Assembly (NCBI GenBank): GCA_964057225.1
Contig: OZ059896.1
Span: 20,770,001-20,834,000, forward strand
DNA from: Auanema rhodensis
Taxonomy: Eukaryota; Animalia; Nematoda
Reading direction: 5' to 3'
Length of the DNA stretch: 64,000 nt
A program made the position numbers and the translations under genes. Under the pieces are notes generated by a model. That model had not been told where the DNA came from. It worked only from the letters and a program-made list of their open reading frames with translations, and did not search any database. Numbering within the stretch: the stretch's first letter is position 1; the number at the start of each line of letters is the position of its first letter. Of the stretch, positions 55,001 to 64,000 are shown piece after piece.

Positions 55001-56227
55001 TTTAGATTCCTTTTTTTAAGGCAAAGACGATGGACAATGTTATTCAACGAAAAAATTAATTCTTCAGGGTGAAAATCGAGGATATAAGTGTGAACTTATA
55101 TCAGTTGATATCTCGGTGCATTTTTAAGCTAGCGCAAATCTGATAACACAGATCGACGCAGCTTAAAAATCTGCATCGAATGCACTATACTACATCAAGA
55201 AACGCTTGATACAAAAATTAGTTATGATCGTTTGAAAAATGATGCATTAGTGTATGTTGAGTTTCCATGTACACTCAACATTGCTTCCAAAAACATTTTG
55301 ACAAAAATTTTTTCGAAAAATTTCAAAATAATTTAGCAAAAAGTAGATGTTTTTAGATTCCATTTTTCAAGGCAAAGACGATAGACAATGTTATTCAACG
55401 AAAAAATTAATTCTTCAGGGTGAAAATCGAGGATATAAGTGTGAACTTATATCAGTTGATATCTCGGTGCATTTTTAAGCTAGCGCAAATCTGATAACAC
55501 AAATCGACGCAGCTTAAAAATCCGCATCGAATGCACTATACTACATTGAGAAACGCTTGATACAAAAATTAGTTATGATCGTTTGAAAAATGATGCATTA
55601 GTGTATGTTGAGTTTCCATGTACACTCAACATTGCTTCCAAAAACATTTTGACAAAAATTTTTTCGAAAAATTTCAAAATAATTTAGCAAAAAGTAGATG
55701 TTTTTAGATTCCATTTTTCAAGGCAAAGACGATGGACAATGTTATTCAACGAAAAAATTAATTCTTCAGGGTGAAAATCGAGGATATAAGTGTGAACTTA
55801 TATCAGTTGATATCTCGGTGCATTTTTAAGCTAGCGCAAATCTGATAACACAGATCGACGCAGCTTAAAAATCTGCATCGAATGCACTATACTACATCAA
55901 AAAACGCTTGATACAAAAATTAGTTATGATCGTTTGAAAAATGATGCATTAGTGTATGTTGAGTTTCCATGTACACTCAACATTGCTTCCAAAAACATTT
56001 TGACAAAAATTTTTTCGAAAAATTTCAAAATAATTTAGCAAAAAGTAGATGTTTTTAGATTCCATTTTTCAAGGCAAAGACGATAGACAATGTTATTCAA
56101 CGAAAAAATTAATTCTTCAGGGTGAAAATCGAGGATATAAGTGTGAACTTATATCAGTTGATATCTCGGTGCATTTTTAAGCTAGCGCAAATCTGATAAC
56201 ACAGATCGACGCAGCTTAAAAATCCAC

Positions 56228-58320
56228 ATCGAATGCACTATACTACATTGAGAAACGCTTGATACAAAAATTAGTTATGATCGTTTGAAAAATGATGCAT
56301 TAGTGTATGTTGAGTTTCCATGTACACTCAACATTGCATCCAAAAACATTTTGACAAAAATTTTTTCGAAAAATTTCAAAATAATTTAGCAAAAAGTAGA
56401 TGTTTTTAGATTCCATTTTTCAAGGCAAAGACGATAGACAATGTTATTCAACGAAAAAATTAATTCTTCAGGGTGAAAATCGAGGATATAAGTGTGAACT
56501 TATATCAGTTGATATCTCGGTGCATTTTTAAGCTAGCGCAAATCTGATAACACAGATCGACGCAGCTTAAAAATCTGCATCGAATGCACTATACTACATC
56601 AAGAAACGCTTGATACAAAAATTAGTTATGATCGTTTGAAAAATGATGCATTAGTGTATGTTGAGTTTCCATGTACACTCAACATTGCTTCCAAAAACAT
56701 TTTGACAAAAATTTTTTCGAAAAATTTCAAAATAATTTAGCAAAAAGTAGATGTTTTTAGATTCCATTTTTCAAGGCAAAGACGATAGACAATGTTATTC
56801 AACGAAAAAATTAATTCTTCAGGGTGAAAATCGAGGATATATGTGTGAACTTATATCAGTTGATATCTCGGTGCATTTTTAAGCTAGCGCAAATCTGATA
56901 ACACAGATCGACGCAGCTTAAAAATCCACATCGAATGCACTATACTACATTGAGAAACGCTTGATACAAAAATTAGTTATGATCGTTTGAAAAATGATGC
57001 ATTAGTGTATGTTGAGTTTCCATGTACACTCAACATTGCTTCCAAAAACATTTTGACAAAAATTTTTTCGAAAAATTTCAAAATAATTTAGCAAAAAGTA
57101 GATGTTTTTAGATTCCATTTTTCAAGGCAAAGACGATAGACAATGTTATTCAACGAAAAAATTAATTCTTCAGGGTGAAAATCGAGGATATAAGTGTGAA
57201 CTTATATCAGTTGATATCTCGGTGCATTTTTAAGCTAGCGCAAATCTGATAACACAGATCGACGCAGCTTAAAAATCCACATCGAATGCACTATACTACA
57301 TTGAGAAACGCTTGATACAAAAATTAGTTATGATCGTTTGAAAAATGATGCATTAGTGTATGTTGAGTTTCCATGTACACTCAACATTGCTTCCAAAAAC
57401 ATTTTGACAAAAATTTTTTCGAAAAATTTCAAAATAATTTAGCAAAAAGTAGATGTTTTTAGATTCCTTTTTTCAAGGCAAAGACGATGGACAATGTTAT
57501 TCAACGAAAAAATTAATTCTTCAGGGTGAAAATCGAGGATATAAGTGTGAACTTATATCAGTTGATATCTCGGTGCATTTTTAAGCTAGCGCAAATCTGA
57601 TAACACAGATCGGCGCAGCTTAAAATCCGCATCGAATGCACTATACTACATTGAGAAACGCTTGATACAAAAATTAGTTATGATCGTTTGAAAAATGATG
57701 CATTAGTGTATGTTGAGTTTCCATGTACACTCAACATTGCATCCAAAAACATTTTGACAAAAATTTTTTCGAAAAATTTCAAAATAATTTAGCAAAAAGT
57801 AGATGTTTTTAGATTCCATTTTTCAAGGCAAAGACGATAGACAATGTTATTCAACGAAAAAATTAATTCTTCAGGGTGAAAATCGAGGATATAAGTGTGA
57901 ACTTATATCAGTTGATATCTCGGTGCATTTTTAAGCTAGCGCAAATCTGATAACACAGATCGACGCAGCTTAAAAATCTGCATCGAATGCACTATACTAC
58001 ATCAAGAAACGCTTGATACAAAAATTAGTTATGATCGTTTGAAAAATGATGCATTAGTGTATGTTGAGTTTCCATGTACACTCAACATTGCTTCCAAAAA
58101 CATTTTGACAAAAATTTTTTCGAAAAATTTCAAAATAATTTAGCAAAAAGTAGATGTTTTTAGATTCCATTTTTCAAGGCAAAGACGATAGACAATGTTA
58201 TTCAACGAAAAAATTAATTCTTCAGGGTGAAAATCGAGGATATATGTGTGAACTTATATCAGTTGATATCTCGGTGCATTTTTAAGCTAGCGCAAATCTG
58301 ATAACACAGATCGACGCAGC
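56228..58320. repeat. 4-monomer-offset duplication (1403 bp)
   Basis: ttgcatcc at 56338 and 57741, each followed by ctgcat, tcaag and atatgt variants in the same order. Confidence 0.75.
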
Positions 58321-58693
58321 TTAAAAATCTGCATCGAATGCACTATACTACATCAAAAAACGCTTGATACAAAAATTAGTTATGATCGTTTGAAAAATGA
58401 TGCATTAGTGTATGTTGAGTTTCCATGTACACTCAACATTGCTTCCAAAAACATTTTGACAAAAATTTTTTCGAAAAATTTCAAGATAATTTAGCAAAAA
58501 GTAGATGTTTTTAGATTCCATTTTTCAAGGCAAAGACGATAGACAATGTTATTCAACGAAAAAATTAATTCTTCAGGGTGAAAATCGAGGATATATGTGT
58601 GAACTTATATCAGTTGATATCTCGGTGCATTTTTAAGCTAGCGCAAATCTGATAACACAAATCGACGCAGCTTAAAAATCCGCATCGAATGCA

Positions 58694-61600
58694 CTATACT
58701 ACATTGAGAAACGCTTGATACAAAAATTAGTTATGATCGTTTGAAAAATGATGCATTAGTGTATGTTGAGTTTCCATGTACACTCAACATTGCTTCCAAA
58801 AACATTTTGACAAAAATTTTTTCGAAAAATTTCAAAATAATTTAGCAAAAAGTAGATGTTTTTAGATTCCATTTTTCAAGGCAAAGACGATAGACAATGT
58901 TATTCAACGAAAAAATTATTCTTCAGGGTGAAAATCGAGGATATATGTGTGAACTTATATCAGTTGATATCTCGGTGCATTTTTAAGCTAGCGCAAATCT
59001 GATAACACAGATCGACGCAGCTTAAAAATCCACATCGAATGCACTATACTACATTGAGAAACGCTTGATACAAAAATTAGTTATGATCGTTTGAAAAATG
59101 ATGCATTAGTGTATGTTGAGTTTCCATGTACACTCAACATTGCTTCCAAAAACATTTTGACAAAAATTTTTTCGAAAAATTTCAAAATAATTTAGCAAAA
59201 AGTAGATGTTTTTAGATTCCATTTTTCAAGGCAAAGACGATAGACAATGTTATTCAACGAAAAAATTAATTCTTCAGGGTGAAAATCGAGGATATAAGTG
59301 TGAACTTATATCAGTTGATATCTCGGTGCATTTTTAAGCTAGCGCAAATCTGATAACACAAATCGACGCAGCTTAAAAATCCGCATCGAATGCACTATAC
59401 TACATTGAGAAACGCTTGATACAAAAATTAGTTATGATCGTTTGAAAAATGATGCATTAGTGTATGTTGAGTTTCCATGTACACTCAACATTGCTTCCAA
59501 AAACATTTTGACAAAAATTTTTTCGAAAAATTTCAAAATAATTCAGCAAAAAGTAGATGTTTTTAGATTCCATTTTTCAAGGCAAAGACGATAGACAATG
59601 TTATTCAACGAAAAAATTAATTCTTCAGGGTGAAAATCGAGGATATATGTGTGAACTTATATCAGTTGATATCTCGGTGCATTTTTAAGCTAGCGCAAAT
59701 CTGATAACACAGATCGATGCAGCTTAAAAATCCACATCGAATGCACTATACTACATTGAGAAACGCTTGATACAAAAATTAGTTATGATCGTTTGAAAAA
59801 TGATGCATTAGTGTATGTTGAGTTTCCATGTACACTCAACATTGCTTCCAAAAACATTTTGACAAAAATTTTTTCGAAAAATTTCAAAATAATTTAGCAA
59901 AAAGTAGATGTTTTTAGATTCCATTTTTCAAGGCAAAGACGATAGACAATGTTATTCAACGAAAAAATTAATTCTTCAGGGTGAAAATCGAGGATATAAG
60001 TGTGAACTTATATCAGTTGATATCTCGGTGCATTTTTAAGCTAGCGCAAATCTGATAACACAAATCGACGCAGCTTAAAAATCCGCATCGAATGCACTAT
60101 ACTACATTGAGAAACGCTTGATACAAAAATTAGTTATGATCGTTTGAAAAATGATGCATTAGTGTATGTTGAGTTTCCATGTACACTCAACATTGCTTCC
60201 AAAAACATTTTGACAAAAATTTTTTCGAAAAATTTCAAAATAATTTAGCAAAAAGTAGATGTTTTTAGATTCCATTTTTCAAGGCAAAGACGATAGACAA
60301 TGTTATTCAACGAAAAAATTATTCTTCAGGGTGAAAATCGAGGATATATGTGTGAACTTATATCAGTTGATATCTCGGTGCATTTTTAAGCTAGCGCAAA
60401 TCTGATAACACAGATCGACGCAGCTTAAAAATCCACATCGAATGCACTATACTACATTGAGAAACGCTTGATACAAAAATTAGTTATGATCGTTTGAAAA
60501 ATGATGCATTAGTGTATGTTGAGTTTCCATGTACACTCAACATTGCTTCCAAAAACATTTTGACAAAAATTTTTTCGAAAAATTTCAAAATAATTTAGCA
60601 AAAAGTAGATGTTTTTAGATTCCATTTTTCAAGGCAAAGACGATAGACAATGTTATTCAACGAAAAAATTAATTCTTCAGGGTGAAAATCGAGGATATAA
60701 GTGTGAACTTATATCAGTTGATATCTCGGTGCATTTTTAAGCTAGCGCAAATCTGATAACACAAATCGACGCAGCTTAAAAATCCGCATCGAATGCACTA
60801 TACTACATTGAGAAACGCTTGATACAAAAATTAGTTATGATCGTTTGAAAAATGATGCATTAGTGTATGTTGAGTTTCCATGTACACTCAACATTGCTTC
60901 CAAAAACATTTTGACAAAAATTTTTTCGAAAAATTTCAAAATAATTTAGCAAAAAGTAGATGTTTTTAGATTCCATTTTTCAAGGCAAAGACGATAGACA
61001 ATGTTATTCAACGAAAAAATTATTCTTCAGGGTGAAAATCGAGGATATATGTGTGAACTTATATCAGTTGATATCTCGGTGCATTTTTAAGCTAGCGCAA
61101 ATCTGATAACACAGATCGACGCAGCTTAAAAATCCACATCGAATGCACTATACTACATTGAGAAACGCTTGATACAAAAATTAGTTATGATCGTTTGAAA
61201 AATGATGCATTAGTGTATGTTGAGTTTCCATGTACACTCAACATTGCTTCCAAAAACATTTTGACAAAAATTTTTTCGAAAAATTTCAAAATAATTTAGC
61301 AAAAAGTAGATGTTTTTAGATTCCATTTTTCAAGGCAAAGACGATAGACAATGTTATTCAACGAAAAAATTAATTCTTCAGGGTGAAAATCGAGGATATA
61401 AGTGTGAACTTATATCAGTTGATATCTCGGTGCATTTTTAAGCTAGCGCAAATCTGATAACACAAATCGACGCAGCTTAAAAATCCGCATCGAATGCACT
61501 ATACTACATTGAGAAACGCTTGATACAAAAATTAGTTATGATCGTTTGAAAAATGATGCATTAGTGTATGTTGAGTTTCCATGTACACTCAACATTGCTT

Positions 61601-64000
61601 CCAAAAACATTTTGACAAAAATTTTTTCGAAAAATTTCAAAATAATTCAGCAAAAAGTAGATGTTTTTAGATTCCATTTTTCAAGGCAAAGACGATAGAC
61701 AATGTTATTCAACGAAAAAATTAATTCTTCAGGGTGAAAATCGAGGATATATGTGTGAACTTATATCAGTTGATATCTCGGTGCATTTTTAAGCTAGCGC
61801 AAATCTGATAACACAGATCGACGCAGCTTAAAAATCCACATCGAATGCACTATACTACATTGAGAAACGCTTGATACAAAAATTAGTTATGATCGTTTGA
61901 AAAATGATGCATTAGTGTATGTTGAGTTTCCATGTACACTCAACATTGCTTCCAAAAACATTTTGACAAAAATTTTTTCGAAAAATTTCAAAATAATTTA
62001 GCAAAAAGTAGATGTTTTTAGATTCCATTTTTCAAGGCTAAGACGATAGACAATGTTATTCAACGAAAAAATTAATTCTTCAGGGTGAAAATCGAGGATA
62101 TAAGTGTGAACTTATATCAGTTGATATCTCGGTGCATTTTTAAGCTAGCGCAAATCTGATAACACAGATCGACGCAGCTTAAAAATCTGCATCGAATGCA
62201 CTATACTACATTGAGAAACGCTTGATACAAAAATTAGTTATGATCGTTTGAAAAATGATGCATTAGTGTATGTTGAGTTTCCATGTACACTCAACATTGC
62301 TTCCAAAAACATTTTGACAAAAATTTTTTCGAAAAATTTCAAAATAATTTAGCAAAAAGTAGATGTTTTTAGATTCCATTTTTCAAGGCAAAGACGATAG
62401 ACAATGTTATTCAACGAAAAAATTAATTCTTCAGGGTGAAAATCGAGGATATAAGTGTGAACTTATATCAGTTGATATCTCGGTGCATTTTTAAGCTAGC
62501 GCAAATCTGATAACACAAATCGACGCAGCTTAAAAATCCGCATCGAATGCACTATACTACATTGAGAAACGCTTGATACAAAAATTAGTTATGATCGTTT
62601 GAAAAATGATGCATTAGTGTATGTTGAGTTTCCATGTACACTCAACATTGCTTCCAAAAACATTTTGACAAAAATTTTTTCGAAAAATTTCAAAATAATT
62701 TAGCAAAAAGTAGATGTTTTTAGATTCCATTTTTCAAGGCAAAGACGATAGACAATGTTATTCAACGAAAAAATTATTCTTCAGGGTGAAAATCGAGGAT
62801 ATATGTGTGAACTTATATCAGTTGATATCTCGGTGCATTTTTAAGCTAGCGCAAATCTGATAACACAGATCGACGCAGCTTAAAAATCCACATCGAATGC
62901 ACTATACTACATTGAGAAACGCTTGATACAAAAATTAGTTATGATCGTTTGAAAAATGATGCATTAGTGTATGTTGAGTTTCCATGTACACTCAACATTG
63001 CTTCCAAAAACATTTTGACAAAAATTTTTTCGAAAAATTTCAAAATAATTTAGCAAAAAGTAGATGTTTTTAGATTCCATTTTTCAAGGCAAAGACGATA
63101 GACAATGTTATTCAACGAAAAAATTAATTCTTCAGGGTGAAAATCGAGGATATAAGTGTGAACTTATATCAGTTGATATCTCGGTGCATTTTTAAGCTAG
63201 CGCAAATCTGATAACACAAATCGACGCAGCTTAAAAATCCGCATCGAATGCACTATACTACATTGAGAAACGCTTGATACAAAAATTAGTTATGATCGTT
63301 TGAAAAATGATGCATTAGTGTATGTTGAGTTTCCATGTACACTCAACATTGCTTCCAAAAACATTTTGACAAAAATTTTTTCGAAAAATTTCAAAATAAT
63401 TTAGCAAAAAGTAGATGTTTTTAGATTCCATTTTTCAAGGCAAAGACGATAGACAATGTTATTCAACGAAAAAATTAATTCTTCAGGGTGAAAATCGAGG
63501 ATATAAGTGTGAACTTATATCAGTTGATATCTCGGTGCATTTTTAAGCTAGCGCAAATCTGATAACACAAATCGACGCAGCTTAAAAATCCGCATCGAAT
63601 GCACTATACTACATTGAGAAACGCTTGATACAAAAATTAGTTATGATCGTTTGAAAAATGATGCATTAGTGTATGTTGAGTTTCCATGTACACTCAACAT
63701 TGCTTCCAAAAACATTTTGACAAAAATTTTTTCGAAAAATTTCAAAATAATTCAGCAAAAAGTAGATGTTTTTAGATTCCATTTTTCAAGGCAAAGACGA
63801 TAGACAATGTTATTCAACGAAAAAATTAATTCTTCAGGGTGAAAATCGAGGATATATGTGTGAACTTATATCAGTTGATATCTCGGTGCATTTTTAAGCT
63901 AGCGCAAATCTGATAACACAGATCGACGCAGCTTAAAAATCCACATCGAATGCACTATACTACATTGAGAAACGCTTGATACAAAAATTAGTTATGATCG
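58694..64000. repeat. Domain with mostly dimeric (~701-702 bp) organisation and a 6-mer super-period
   Basis: atatgt+ccacat monomers (58694, 59395, 60097, 60798, 61499, 62552, 63604) alternate with cacaaatcg monomers (59044, 59746, 60447, 61148, 62201, 62902, 63253). The attcag variant occurs at 59544, 61648 and 63753. Confidence 0.82.

Larger units (their letters stand above)
1..64000. repeat. Tandem satellite DNA array, 351-bp monomer (350-bp variants common), ~182 copies, all in the same orientation, truncated by both window edges
   Basis: The motif ctatactacattgagaaacg starts at 1, 352, 703, 1054 (tcaag variant) ... 63955, giving a period of 351. Copies differ at only a few positions each. 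No unique sequence appears anywhere in the window. Confidence 0.99.

Noticed and set aside
1-64000. Assignment to a named satellite of similar size (e.g. Drosophila 1.688/359-bp family, Tribolium ~350-360-bp satellites)
   Set aside because: Only length and AT content are similar, and I do not recognise sequence identity. This needs a BLAST/Dfam/Repbase search.
1-64000. Rolling-circle/concatemer or sequencing artefact; tandem 5S/tRNA/snRNA gene array
   Set aside because: Hierarchically shared variants indicate real evolutionary history rather than copies of one template. I recognised no 5S, tRNA, snRNA or SL-RNA motifs, though an Rfam search was not run.

Overview
The whole 64-kb window is one uninterrupted, single-orientation, head-to-tail satellite array. 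The monomer is 351 bp and AT-rich (111/351 = ~32% GC counted on the first copy), with ~182 full copies. Many copies are 350 bp because of either of two shared 1-bp deletions. One monomer is internally deleted to 111 bp (7368-7478). I see no genes, RNA genes, transposon insertions, inversions or CRISPR spacers. It looks like eukaryotic (peri)centromeric or heterochromatic satellite DNA, but the organism and family cannot be identified from the sequence alone. Two things are of interest. (1) Much of the monomer is covered by nested inverted repeats: two perfect 9-bp stems exactly half a monomer apart, one closed by a GTGA (GNRA-type) loop, a ~67-nt foldback, and a long-range 10-bp IR. (2) Shared rare SNVs record nested local duplications of 2-, 3-, 4-, 5-, 6-, 7-, 8-, 9- and 17/18-monomer blocks. 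There is no fixed higher-order repeat, variants turn over from left to right, and a dimeric HOR is emerging at the right end. All coordinates and offsets were read by eye. I found no support for a novel protein-coding system.
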